DNA from: Bacteroidales bacterium
Lineage (GTDB): Bacteria > Bacteroidota > Bacteroidia > Bacteroidales > JAIOZK01
Direction of reading: 5' to 3'
Assembly: GCA_021740625.1 (NCBI GenBank)
Contig: JAIOZK010000011.1
Span: forward strand, 37,964-101,963
DNA: 64,000 bases
The first letter of the stretch is position 1, and each line of letters begins with the position of its first letter. The position numbers were made by a program, and so were the translations under genes. Below are positions 19,572 through 29,218 of the stretch, piece after piece. The notes below the pieces were generated by a model that did no database searches, was not told where the DNA came from, and saw only the letters and a list, made by a program, of their open reading frames with translations.

Positions 19572-22500
19572 TTAGTTGCGAACGATGATTTTTCGTTTTA
19601 AACGCAATTGTTCTGTACGAATGAACAACAAATACATCCCGGATTTAAGGCTGGCGGTTTTAAGCCTTAGTTCATTCCCGTTAATACCGCATTGTTCATT
19701 CAAAAGTGGTCTACCCAGCATGTCGAATAGATTGACCTGAACCTGCCCATGAATGCCTTTAAGATTGATGTATAGGTAGTCGCCTGCAGGATTGGGGTAT
19801 ACATTTACCAGTTGATCCAGGCCTGGGTCTTGAACAAAAGAAATGTCTCCCTGCAGAAAACTGTAATTGATACTCCTACCAAATTCGGGCTCAAATGATT
19901 TAAGAATATTGCCTTCCATATCACAGATCCTGAAATACCCGGAACCTTGTGCAGGATAGGCCCAGTAGGAAAGTCCCATATTTTCCTCATCGAGCAGTCT
20001 AATGGTATAGCATCCATCTTCTATATCAAGTGTATCCACATACAGGCTGTCATTTGCCAGTCCTGTTCTGGAAAGCAGGATTTCCCCGAGAACATCTTTC
20101 ACAATCAATGAATAACGATATGCCTGTTTATTGGTCTTCAGCCAGAGGGCAATTTTCTGATCGTACATATCCGGCATAATGAAGGATGTAGTATAGGTGT
20201 CATTCGCGGCATATTCATCCTTCATTCCATTGGGTTGCAAAACGGTAACCTTGAAACGATTGGTGCTATCTCCAAACCAAAAATAAGCGCCCGGCACAGG
20301 CAAAGTGATCTTTTCAAACTCCATGGATTTCAGCTCTCCTTCCCAGAGATAATTCTGCTGTTCGCCGCCGACAACACCGTAACGGATATTCAGTGAGTTC
20401 AACGCTGAGGTGCCATTGTTGCGAATGATCACCTTGGGATCAGAACATGCCGGGTTTTTCCTTGAATAATATTCCCATTCGTTGGGGACAATCACATCAT
20501 ACAATTCAACATCATTTTCAAAGTATGGTGATGAATACTGCATGAGGTGCATGGCAATATGATAATTACCATTCCCCATCCCCTGGTTGTCGGGCGGTAC
20601 AGGAGTTATTTCATAATCCAGGCTCACTTCATCACCCTGTATGTAATCTGTGATCTCAAATTCGTTCAGTTTCACAACATCGCCCGGGCACCAGCCTTCA
20701 CGAGCACCTGGCCAGGTTCCTCCCTGTGGAAAAACAGCATTCTCCGCACATTCGTTGTACTGAAAAATATGCCAGTCGGCAACCTGGTTTCCGTTCACGA
20801 GCAGATAATGGGTGTTGTCTTTCCATTCGCAACAGTGCGGGTAATCGCCGGTATTGCTGTGATGACCATGTCCGGTGATCCTGGTTTTAAGCTTGAATGT
20901 TTCCGCCTCCTGCAAGAGCGGCACACTCACTTCTGACAGATCTACATCATCATCCAGATTTTTATAGGTATAAGAACGTCGATCTCCCCAAACCTTATCG
21001 ATCTTCAAAACTTCCCTGGGTGGGGTACCCTTGATCATCGTAAATTTCAGATCGATCAGTTCCTGCTGGTTTCCGGCACTCATATCCACCTCGCCCTGCA
21101 AAAGAGATGCATAATCCGTAACATCGTAAACCCAGGTAAACCCTTGTGGTCCAAGGTCCAGACCGATACCATAAGGAGTGATGAATCTTCCGATCTCAAT
21201 TTTGTCTATGATTTCAAAAGGCTCGCCGTAATAAGGAATCATGTCACGGTACATGATCTCATCAGAATCAAAATGAATAGAATCGACGATATTTCCTTCT
21301 TCATTCAGAATGTAATGGTAACCTCCCAGGTATTTGCTGATTGTATCGACAGGTATGGTGGGATCATCCCCATCCTGGAACATGACGATCTGCACAGGGC
21401 TTGCTGCAACTGAATCATAAACCATTTCCTCATCAACATCCACTGTGCTCGATTCAATTCTTTCAAAAATGATGTTGGGTCGTAAGTTTGAAACCATGGG
21501 ATCAAGATATTTCCTGTCGGCCCTTATTTTTTTTAGGGATGGAAAACCATATGCCTCCGCATGTAATTCATGCATGCTATGGTCCTGTATATGATGTTCA
21601 TTCATTTCATCGAATTTATAATACAGCATAAGACTGTCATTAATCTCTGATGCTTTAAGACTTCTGTTAAAATCTTCCTTGATCTGTTCTTCGGTTTTTG
21701 CATAATTAAAAATCCTGAACTCATCGATCATAGCATCTGCATAGGCATCATTGGGCCAGTTGCTTTTTCCGAAGTAATTCTTGGTCCGAACCGTGTCTTT
21801 TGGTTGCTGCAATTGTCCGTAACCAGCCAGTTCACCATTGATATAAATCCAACCAATATGCATGGTTAAAGTAATGCTTACATGCACCCATTCTTTCAGG
21901 GGGATTTCTTCAGGAGATTTAAAACTTCTGTTCAAGCCATCGTAATTCACATGAACACTTAATCGACCGCTGGTATTGTTGGTAAAGGTCATAATCACAT
22001 TGTCCTGTCCGGGACCGGTGCCAAAGTCAAACACCCGGCTCCACCTGTTGTTGCTTCTTTTGTAAATCCAGGTTTCTATCGTGAAATCGCTGTTAAAATA
22101 AGTAGAGGGAGGTGCCATCAGAAAATCAGATTCCCCATCCAGGTTTATGGCTTGATTTTTAGATGTATAAAGGATAGTAGAAGGGAATTCTGTTTCATGA
22201 GCATTTAATTTGGTTTCAAGGGCAGCCTGCTTATATTCAGTTGAAAACTCAACAATTATATCCGATTCACCATCCCACTCAAAGCTCTCAAAAAAATTCA
22301 AGGATATAGTATCTGTTTCCGAAAGATCAGGCTGATTAAAATACACAGCCTGCATATCCCGGATGAGTGTACCCGTATTCAGGGAGTCCAGTTCTACATT
22401 TTTCATTTTGATACCAAGATGAATGGGATTATCACCGGGTTCAACAATATCAAGCTTTAATCCGCTTATTTCTCCCATTGTCAAACCCGCGGCCAGAAGT

Positions 22501-23006
22501 TCTTCCGCCTTCCACAAGAATTGTGCTTTCGATTCAGATCCTGCAAAAAATGGCAACTCGAGTGTTCCCTTCCCAATGCTTACAGTTGAAATATTGAGCG
22601 TATCGGGATAATGCACCTGCTTGTGTATCCTTGCAAAATAATTGTATGCAGGTTCTTCCCGCAAAAGCAATGAGTCTTTTTCCACACCGCTGATGAGCGT
22701 AAAACTTGGCTGGTGATACAGCGTTGAGTCATACTCACCGGTATGCTGATGGATATTGTTATAGGTAAGATAATCCCATTCCCCGCACCAGTATTGATCA
22801 TGTTGTGTTTGGGGATCGCACTTCAGAGTGTAATACATCAGGATCTTCCTGAATTGCTCTCCTTCCGGGAATTGCCATACGCCCCTCCTGGTTGTGATGG
22901 AGTCGAAGGTGAATGTTTGTACAGTGATGGTATCCTGTGATCTTAAATAATCGGGCGTCAGCAAAATAAACATGCTGAAAAGCCATACTGGTAGCGATCT
23001 TTTCAT
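19572..23006 (-). CDS. Large T9SS-secreted protein with LamG-like and PNGase F-like domains
   Basis: It has a signal peptide and a LamG/concanavalin-like segment (FTIETWIY...DEFRIFNYA). The segment EIGRFITPYG...HCCEWKD...GWCPGD matches PNGase F (EIGRFITPYW...GCAEW...GWCPG). The C-terminus is a T9SS tail (VYPNPAGDYLYI...GMYLLFI). Confidence 0.8.
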   Translation of the reverse strand: MKRSLPVWLFSMFILLTPDYLRSQDTITVQTFTFDSITTRRGVWQFPEGEQFRKILMYYTLKCDPQTQHDQYWCGEWDYLTYNNIHQHTGEYDSTLYHQPSFTLISGVEKDSLLLREEPAYNYFARIHKQVHYPDTLNISTVSIGKGTLELPFFAGSESKAQFLWKAEELLAAGLTMGEISGLKLDIVEPGDNPIHLGIKMKNVELDSLNTGTLIRDMQAVYFNQPDLSETDTISLNFFESFEWDGESDIIVEFSTEYKQAALETKLNAHETEFPSTILYTSKNQAINLDGESDFLMAPPSTYFNSDFTIETWIYKRSNNRWSRVFDFGTGPGQDNVIMTFTNNTSGRLSVHVNYDGLNRSFKSPEEIPLKEWVHVSITLTMHIGWIYINGELAGYGQLQQPKDTVRTKNYFGKSNWPNDAYADAMIDEFRIFNYAKTEEQIKEDFNRSLKASEINDSLMLYYKFDEMNEHHIQDHSMHELHAEAYGFPSLKKIRADRKYLDPMVSNLRPNIIFERIESSTVDVDEEMVYDSVAASPVQIVMFQDGDDPTIPVDTISKYLGGYHYILNEEGNIVDSIHFDSDEIMYRDMIPYYGEPFEIIDKIEIGRFITPYGIGLDLGPQGFTWVYDVTDYASLLQGEVDMSAGNQQELIDLKFTMIKGTPPREVLKIDKVWGDRRSYTYKNLDDDVDLSEVSVPLLQEAETFKLKTRITGHGHHSNTGDYPHCCEWKDNTHYLLVNGNQVADWHIFQYNECAENAVFPQGGTWPGAREGWCPGDVVKLNEFEITDYIQGDEVSLDYEITPVPPDNQGMGNGNYHIAMHLMQYSSPYFENDVELYDVIVPNEWEYYSRKNPACSDPKVIIRNNGTSALNSLNIRYGVVGGEQQNYLWEGELKSMEFEKITLPVPGAYFWFGDSTNRFKVTVLQPNGMKDEYAANDTYTTSFIMPDMYDQKIALWLKTNKQAYRYSLIVKDVLGEILLSRTGLANDSLYVDTLDIEDGCYTIRLLDEENMGLSYWAYPAQGSGYFRICDMEGNILKSFEPEFGRSINYSFLQGDISFVQDPGLDQLVNVYPNPAGDYLYINLKGIHGQVQVNLFDMLGRPLLNEQCGINGNELRLKTASLKSGMYLLFIRTEQLRLKRKIIVRN

Positions 23007-23069
23007 CTCAATCGGTTTTGTAATAGCTGTATTAACTGACTACCAAATTACATAAAAAGGATGCACTGC

Positions 23070-25526
23070 CTAAAAGATCTTTGGGTATTTGTTAGGATTG
23101 TGTTCGTGCATGATGTTATAAACAGCATCGAATACATCTTCCGCATTGGGATTGGAAAAGTAGTCCCCATCCGAGCTGTATGCAGCCCTGTGATCTTTGG
23201 CCGTTAAAGTGCGGGGTTCCGAGTCGAGATAAAAATAGCCCTTTTGCTCTTCCATTACTTTCTGCATCATATAGGAAGTAGCACCGCCCGGTACATCTTC
23301 GTCAAAGAAAAGGATCTTATTTGTTTTCTTCAGAGATTCCACGATTTGATGATGCAGGTCGAAAGGCAGCAATGACTGTACATCGATCAACTCAACATCA
23401 ATGCTGAATTCCTGTAATTGCTTAACGGCATCTTCCGCTATTCTAACACATGACCCGTAGGTCACCAGTGTAAGGTCTCTTCCTTCTTTCAACACTTCAC
23501 ATTTTCCAACAGGAACATTAAACCCACCGATATTAGCGGGTTCTTTTTCTCTCAAACGATATCCGTTCAGGGGTTCAATGATCAGAGCTGGTTCATCACT
23601 TTGCAACATGGTATTATAAAAGCCGGCCGCCTGTGTCATATTCCTGGGAACCAACACATTTACCCCACGGATTGAATTGATCACCATACTCAAGGGGGAG
23701 CCCGCATGCCAGATCCCTTCAAGCCTGTGTCCACGGGTACTGATTATCAAAGGAGCCTTTTGTCCTCCTCTTGTCCGGTATTGAAGCGTAGCCAGGTCAT
23801 CGCTGATCACCTGCAATCCGTAAAGCAGGTAATCAAAATACTGTATCTCTGCAATGGGGCGCAGGCCACGCATGGCCATGCCAATTCCCTGTCCGATGAT
23901 GGTGGCTTCCCGTATACCCGTATCAAACACACGGTTTTTTCCGTACTTTTCCTGGAGTCCTTCAGCGGTCTGGTTCACTCCACCGATCTTGCCGACATCC
24001 TCTCCAAATAAGAGAAGCTGTGGATATTTCGCGAACAAAGCATCAAAATTTTTATTCAGTATTTCCCTTCCGGGAACTTTATTGGTTTCCTCATCATAAG
24101 CAGGCTTAACTTCGGTAACCTTCAAAGCCGATTCATCTGATTCACTCCATAAATGGGAATTATAAGCCAGCTTCCCTTCAGCCATTTCCTTATTGAGCCA
24201 GTTGGTTACATTTTTCTTGAGCGAATTTTTCGGGTTGGAGCACTGATTGCAAATCAGTCGCAAGATCTTCTTGCCGGATGACATAATATCTTTACGAATA
24301 GGTTCGCCAACCCTGCCAAGCTCTTTCTTGATATTCTCTATTTTTTCTGTTTTGGCACAGTTACAGGTTGTCACATCAACCATTTCTATAAATTCTTTTT
24401 GCTTGACGCGCAAAGGATCCATAAAATGTTTCCATGCATTTTTCCTGGCTTCCCGGGCCCTTTTTTTTGCTTTGTTTTCTATATCATCCAGTTCCTTTGC
24501 CGTTGCAATCTTTTGTCTGATGATCCAATCACGCAATTTGCTGATCCCGTCGAATTCTTCTTCCCATTTCAATCTTTCAGGTGATTTGTATCTTTCATGC
24601 GATCCGGAAGTAGAGTGACCCTGCGGCTGCGTGGTTTCGATTACATGGATCAGGACGGGAACATGCTCCTTCCTGCATCTGTTGATGGCTTCCTGGTAAG
24701 TATTGACCAGTGCGGCATAATCCCAGGCTTTAACTTTGTAGATGTAAAAACCGGGTTTTCTGGCATCTTTCTGAAATCCCATCAACACTTCAGAGAGGTC
24801 TGATTTTGTGATCTGGTATTCGTTGGGCACTGAGATACCATAACCATCATCCCAGATAGAAACAGCCATAGGGATCTGCAACACCCCGGCAGCATTGATG
24901 CTTTCCCAGAAATGACCTTCGGCAGCGCTGGCATCACCGATGGTACCAAATGCGACTTCGTTGCCGTTATTCGAAAACTTCCTAAAATCTTTAAGTTCTT
25001 TGGTATTTCTGAATAATTTGGAAGCATGTGCGAGTCCCACAAGTCTGGGCATCTGACTGGCAGTGGGGGAGGTGTCGGCCGAAGAATTTTTGATCTTTGT
25101 GAGATCTTTCCACATTCCTTTTTCATCAAGGGTGCGGTTTGCGAAATGGTTGTTCATCAGGCGGCCGGCAGTTTGAGGATTATAATCCAGATCAGTATCT
25201 CCGTAAAGTTGGGCAAAGAATTCCTCAAGACTCATCATACCTGTAGCGAACATGAAAGTCTGGTCACGATAATAGCCCGAGCGCCAATCACCTTTATGAA
25301 ACACCTTGGCCATTGCGAGCTGTGGTATTTCTTTTCCATCTCCAAATATCCCGAACTTGGCTTTACCGGTTAGCACCTCTCTTCTTCCTAGCAAACTGAC
25401 CTGCCTGCTTTCACATGCAATCCTGTAATCATTCAGGACTTCACTTTTGTCAAATCCGGTATCTTTTGCTTTAGCTTCTGATTTAGTTTTCTTCTTTGTT
25501 TTAACTGCCGTCTGGTTGTTTTTCAT
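23070..25526 (-). CDS. Fused E1 alpha/beta subunit of a TPP-dependent 2-oxoacid dehydrogenase
   Basis: At 818 aa, the N-terminal half resembles E1-alpha (GDGKEIPQLAMAK, GDASAAEGHFWES). The C-terminal half resembles E1-beta / transketolase-pyrimidine (FGEDVG..GGV, DTGIREATIIGQGIGMA). Confidence 0.85.
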   Translation of the reverse strand: MKNNQTAVKTKKKTKSEAKAKDTGFDKSEVLNDYRIACESRQVSLLGRREVLTGKAKFGIFGDGKEIPQLAMAKVFHKGDWRSGYYRDQTFMFATGMMSLEEFFAQLYGDTDLDYNPQTAGRLMNNHFANRTLDEKGMWKDLTKIKNSSADTSPTASQMPRLVGLAHASKLFRNTKELKDFRKFSNNGNEVAFGTIGDASAAEGHFWESINAAGVLQIPMAVSIWDDGYGISVPNEYQITKSDLSEVLMGFQKDARKPGFYIYKVKAWDYAALVNTYQEAINRCRKEHVPVLIHVIETTQPQGHSTSGSHERYKSPERLKWEEEFDGISKLRDWIIRQKIATAKELDDIENKAKKRAREARKNAWKHFMDPLRVKQKEFIEMVDVTTCNCAKTEKIENIKKELGRVGEPIRKDIMSSGKKILRLICNQCSNPKNSLKKNVTNWLNKEMAEGKLAYNSHLWSESDESALKVTEVKPAYDEETNKVPGREILNKNFDALFAKYPQLLLFGEDVGKIGGVNQTAEGLQEKYGKNRVFDTGIREATIIGQGIGMAMRGLRPIAEIQYFDYLLYGLQVISDDLATLQYRTRGGQKAPLIISTRGHRLEGIWHAGSPLSMVINSIRGVNVLVPRNMTQAAGFYNTMLQSDEPALIIEPLNGYRLREKEPANIGGFNVPVGKCEVLKEGRDLTLVTYGSCVRIAEDAVKQLQEFSIDVELIDVQSLLPFDLHHQIVESLKKTNKILFFDEDVPGGATSYMMQKVMEEQKGYFYLDSEPRTLTAKDHRAAYSSDGDYFSNPNAEDVFDAVYNIMHEHNPNKYPKIF

Positions 25527-25587
25527 TGTAAAAATTTGTTATTGGCACAAAGTTACTTAAATTAATTCTAAATAAAAAAACACCGTT

Positions 25588-25839
25588 CTAACTTCGTGCA
25601 CTGGTTCTGCCATATACACGCAGCAGCGAAAACAGTGCAAACACGGCCCAAAATCCTTCAAGAATAATGAAAGGCAAAAAATCAATCAGTACAGAAGCAT
25701 AGCAAGCAATTCCGGCACCTATAATGTTTAACAGATAATAAAATTTACTGTCCCGCCCAATCCACCTTGCAGCATGTAGCATAAAGGCCAGCAGCAAAAT
25801 GCCAACTCCAATGGATGCTATTATTTCAGCATTGTTCAT
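25588..25839 (-). CDS. Small three-TM membrane protein
   Basis: The 83-aa ORF has three clear hydrophobic helices. Confidence 0.55.
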   Translation of the reverse strand: MNNAEIIASIGVGILLLAFMLHAARWIGRDSKFYYLLNIIGAGIACYASVLIDFLPFIILEGFWAVFALFSLLRVYGRTSARS

Positions 25840-25966
25840 ATTTCCTGTTTTAAAAGAATTGCTAAATTAGCCAAAATCAACAAGTGATGCATTGGAACGC
25901 AGTTTGCAAGTTATCATAGCTGCATACACTTGTATTGCACATTTATTAATTAACATATAAATTTTT

Positions 25967-26755
25967 ATGAGTAGCAGTAAAACGGCCCTTGTGACCGGAG
26001 CATATGGTGAGATCGGAAAAGCAATTTGCCGGCAGCTTGCTGAGAAGGACTACAATGTGATCATGATCGGAAAAGACGAATCAGCATTGAAATCGGCTGC
26101 CGAAGCCATTGAAAAACAAACTAAAAATGCGAATATCAGGTATATCAAGGTAGACCTATCCAGAAAATCTACCATCAGGGAATTTGCTGAACAGTGGCAG
26201 GATAAGATCGACCTGCTCATCAACAATGCAGCGACTACACCCAAACATCCCATCGATAGCCTGGAAGGCGTTGAGACGCAATGGGCAACGAATGTGCTGG
26301 GATATTACCGCATGATGAAATACCTCAGTCCTTACATGGAATCCTCTGATGATCCACGCATCGTCAATGTAGCCAGTTACTGGGCCGGCGGCCTTGACCT
26401 GGATGATCCTGAATTCAGGAACCGCTATTATGATAATGATACAGCTTACCGACAAAGCAAGCAGGCCGACCGCATGTTGAGCGCAGCTTTTGCTCAAAAG
26501 CTAAAAGAAAAAGGTATTACTGTAAATGCCGTTCACCCGGGAGATGTAAACTCAAAACTCAGCAATAGCCTGGGATACGGAGGACATGAATCTCCCGACC
26601 AGGGAGCCGATACCCCGGTTTGGGTAGCAACAGCACCTGAACTTAAAGGTGTTAGTGGGAAATATTTCGAACACCGACAGGAAACAACAGACCAGTTTTC
26701 ACTGGAAGAAGAAAGGGTGCAGCGGCTGGTGAATCTCTGTGAATCCTATGAATGA
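25967..26755 (+). CDS. SDR-family oxidoreductase
   Basis: The motifs TGAYGEIGKA (TGxxxGxG), NNAA and the catalytic YRQSK (YxxxK) are all present. Confidence 0.9.
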   Translation: MSSSKTALVTGAYGEIGKAICRQLAEKDYNVIMIGKDESALKSAAEAIEKQTKNANIRYIKVDLSRKSTIREFAEQWQDKIDLLINNAATTPKHPIDSLEGVETQWATNVLGYYRMMKYLSPYMESSDDPRIVNVASYWAGGLDLDDPEFRNRYYDNDTAYRQSKQADRMLSAAFAQKLKEKGITVNAVHPGDVNSKLSNSLGYGGHESPDQGADTPVWVATAPELKGVSGKYFEHRQETTDQFSLEEERVQRLVNLCESYE

Positions 26756-27033
26756 ATAAATGAATGGTTGAGAGAATGGTGGATTGGGACATTGGTTGTA
26801 CTTCATTGTACGGTTTGATTGTGTACATTATGGAGAGTCCTTTTGAAAGCCGAAGACTAAAGCGTTACGCTTCGATTACGCTCAGTGTGAATTGAGCTTC
26901 GTTTATTTGTGCTCAAACCGCACAATGTGCTGTTCATTGTTCATTGGTCATTGGTCATTTTTTCCATCACTTCCTTTTCGAAAATGTTGTTGTTAGAGTC
27001 ATTTCTGATGATTACTATTCGTGCATTCGTGGC
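26756..27033 (+). repeat. Non-coding 'doubled-word' intergenic element (copy B), oriented with the upstream SDR gene
   Basis: It begins at the SDR stop codon and is built of stuttered short words (gaatggttgagagaatggtgg, ttcattgttcattggtcattggtcattttt). It ends with CTATTCGTGCATTCGTGGC (27015-27033). That 19-mer is the exact reverse complement of 61178-61196. Confidence 0.7.
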
Positions 27034-27035
27034 AA

Positions 27036-27072
27036 GAAAAAAATCCCGGCCACTGCAACCAGCAACCGGGAT
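27036..27072 (-). terminator. Rho-independent terminator of the padR-pspC operon
   Basis: On the minus strand, the stem ATCCCGG/CCGGGAT (16-nt loop) is followed by T7, 20 nt past the pspC stop. Confidence 0.6.
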
Positions 27073-27091
27073 AAAAAACCAATTGTATGAA

Positions 27092-28681
27092 TTATTCATC
27101 AGAAGGGCTTCGCTCCAGGCCGTTCTCCGTCATAATCCAGTATCGGCCTCCCATATCATAAGGATCATCAAAATGCCACCAGTCCAGTATATCTTCCAGA
27201 TTGTTGTCTATAAAAAGGACAGTTCCCTCCGGGACCCTCAGAAACAAATCCAGTTCCTGTCCGCGAAAGGGCTCCCTGTTCCCGATTACAAAGTATTTAT
27301 CAAAGGTGATCGTATTATCATCAAATGCATAATTGTAAGCAGCTGTTCTGGCAAGCTCTCTTGAATGAAAAGGGCTTTTCCCACGACTTGACCTTTCTTC
27401 AACAAAAAGAATATGCTCTTCATCATTCATTTGTATGCTCAATTCCGGTGAGATCAGTATTCTTTCATCTTCCGTAAACATGATCCTGTCGTTGGGAGTA
27501 TCCACAAACCTGAACCTGAGTTTCTGGTATTGTTCCATGTTATCGTTCAGCTCCAAATACAGCGTATCCGATTCAGGCAATTCATAATGCACACTGCTTT
27601 TATATTCACCTTCGAACTCAAACTCATTTGCGATCCTGAAAGCATAGTAACCCATAAAGATCAGGGAAATAATCCATAATGAAAAAGCAGATACTCCCAC
27701 AATATGCGTTCTTGGTATTCTGAAAATGATCCTGATCCCGAGGTATAAAAGCAGGAACAGCGGAATCACGATAAAAAGGATCAAGCTGGCTACAAAAAGC
27801 CCGCTGCTCATATCAGCCCCCAGGAGCATATCGGATAAATACGGAACAGAAAAGAATATGATCTCATGTTTATCAAGGTAGATGGGAGCTCCCCATCCAA
27901 ATAGGGATAACAAAAAAGGGATCAGCAGGGAGAGTGCAATGATAATGACAAGCGCACCGATGAGGATCAGCAGTACTTTGCCGAATATTTTCACAAATTC
28001 AACAAGCAGGCCTAAGAGATTCTCAAAAAATGTTTGCCCATCGCTTCTTTTTTTTTTATAGCTAGCCTTAGCTTTATCAGAAAGATCGTTGAAACGAGTT
28101 TTCAGATCGTCAAATTCCTCCCGGATGGATTTTTCAATATTGTTGATATTGACCGGCTCCCCCTTCATCTGGAGCCGGTCTGCTGTTGTTTTGGTTTCGG
28201 GCATGGCTATCCATAATATTATATAAACCAAAATTCCGGTACCACCAGCAAAAAGTGTAATTAGAAACAGAAGCCTGATCCAGATAGGATCTATGTTGAA
28301 ATAGGCTGCGATCCCGGAAGAAACGCCTCCGATCACCTTATTCTCCGAATCGCGGAAAAGGCGCTTTTGTGGGGTATAGTACTGATAATTGCTGCCATCA
28401 TCCTCCTCTTCGCCAGCTTCTTCGGCAAAATCACTGGGTTGGCCCATGATCCCGATCACATGGTTTACATCTTCCAGACTTACTACTTCTTTTGTGTCCG
28501 ACATCTTCTCCTGCAGAACTTCTGCAATCCTGCTTTCGATATCATTGATGATCTCATCCCTGCCTTCGGTATTCCTGAAGTGCGACTTAAGTTTTTCAAG
28601 ATAAGCATTCAGCTTTTGATAGGCATCTTCATCAATGTGAAAGATTATACCACTTATGTTGATATTAAATGTCTTCTTCAT
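27092..28681 (-). CDS. PspC-domain membrane protein
   Basis: The PspC motif (VIGGVSSGIAAYFNIDPIWIRLLFLI) is followed by multiple TM helices and a C-terminal extracytoplasmic domain. Its start overlaps the PadR stop (TAATG). Confidence 0.85.
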   Translation of the reverse strand: MKKTFNINISGIIFHIDEDAYQKLNAYLEKLKSHFRNTEGRDEIINDIESRIAEVLQEKMSDTKEVVSLEDVNHVIGIMGQPSDFAEEAGEEEDDGSNYQYYTPQKRLFRDSENKVIGGVSSGIAAYFNIDPIWIRLLFLITLFAGGTGILVYIILWIAMPETKTTADRLQMKGEPVNINNIEKSIREEFDDLKTRFNDLSDKAKASYKKKRSDGQTFFENLLGLLVEFVKIFGKVLLILIGALVIIIALSLLIPFLLSLFGWGAPIYLDKHEIIFFSVPYLSDMLLGADMSSGLFVASLILFIVIPLFLLLYLGIRIIFRIPRTHIVGVSAFSLWIISLIFMGYYAFRIANEFEFEGEYKSSVHYELPESDTLYLELNDNMEQYQKLRFRFVDTPNDRIMFTEDERILISPELSIQMNDEEHILFVEERSSRGKSPFHSRELARTAAYNYAFDDNTITFDKYFVIGNREPFRGQELDLFLRVPEGTVLFIDNNLEDILDWWHFDDPYDMGGRYWIMTENGLERSPSDE

Positions 28682-29034
28682 TATGCTTTGTTTTTGGGTT
28701 TTTTGCTTTTGCTATTTATTATATTATCAACTGATGAAACCAGCTCATCCCAGCCCTTTTCGAGTTCATTGAGGACTTTATAGCCAATTTCTGTGATCTG
28801 GAAATATTTCCTGGGCGGCCCCGATTTGGATTCCTCCCAGCGGTAGGTTGTCAGACCGTCATTTTTCAGACGGGTCAGGAGGGGATACAAGGTACCTTCC
28901 ACCACGATCAGTTTGGATGCCTTGAGCTTTTCAAGTATATCAGAAGCATATGCATCCTTCTCTGCTATGATGGAAAGTATGCATAACTCCAATACCCCTC
29001 TCTTCATCTGTGTTTTTTGTTTTTCTGTATTCAT
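28681..29034 (-). CDS. PadR-family transcriptional regulator
   Basis: At 117 aa it has the winged-helix PadR pattern (GVLELCILSII...YASDILEKL...EGTLYPLLTRLKNDGL). Confidence 0.9.
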   Translation of the reverse strand: MNTEKQKTQMKRGVLELCILSIIAEKDAYASDILEKLKASKLIVVEGTLYPLLTRLKNDGLTTYRWEESKSGPPRKYFQITEIGYKVLNELEKGWDELVSSVDNIINSKSKKPKNKA

Positions 29035-29218
29035 GCCGACAAATATAATTCAAAATTTAGTACTATGCAATACATAGTATTAAATATTTCGTATTATTAT
29101 CTACTTTATAGTAGTATATTTTATTTTTGCATCTGATATACTGGTTGTTACGACATTATTTAGAATGTTGATAAATTATTTTTTTGTCAAATGTTTCGAA
29201 TTGATGGCAATGGTTGGA

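Noticed and set aside
19362-19601. Listed 79-aa plus-strand ORF
   Set aside because: It begins within the 12-bp stem/T-run terminator region and overlaps the 3' end of the T9SS protein gene on the opposite strand. The translation is low-complexity.
25541-25560. TGGCAC motif that could be a sigma-54 -24 box
   Set aside because: The -12 element is absent (TGGCACaaagtTACTT, no TTGC). No plus-strand gene follows, because both neighbours are on the minus strand.
26909-27364. Listed 151-aa plus-strand ORF
   Set aside because: It starts inside the low-complexity intergenic element, crosses the pspC terminator and runs antisense through the 3' end of the well-supported PspC gene. The sequence is not protein-like.
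28048-28057. T10 homopolymer inside the PspC gene as a second frameshift site
   Set aside because: The reading frame is intact across it (YKKKRSDG), so there is no evidence of a shift.
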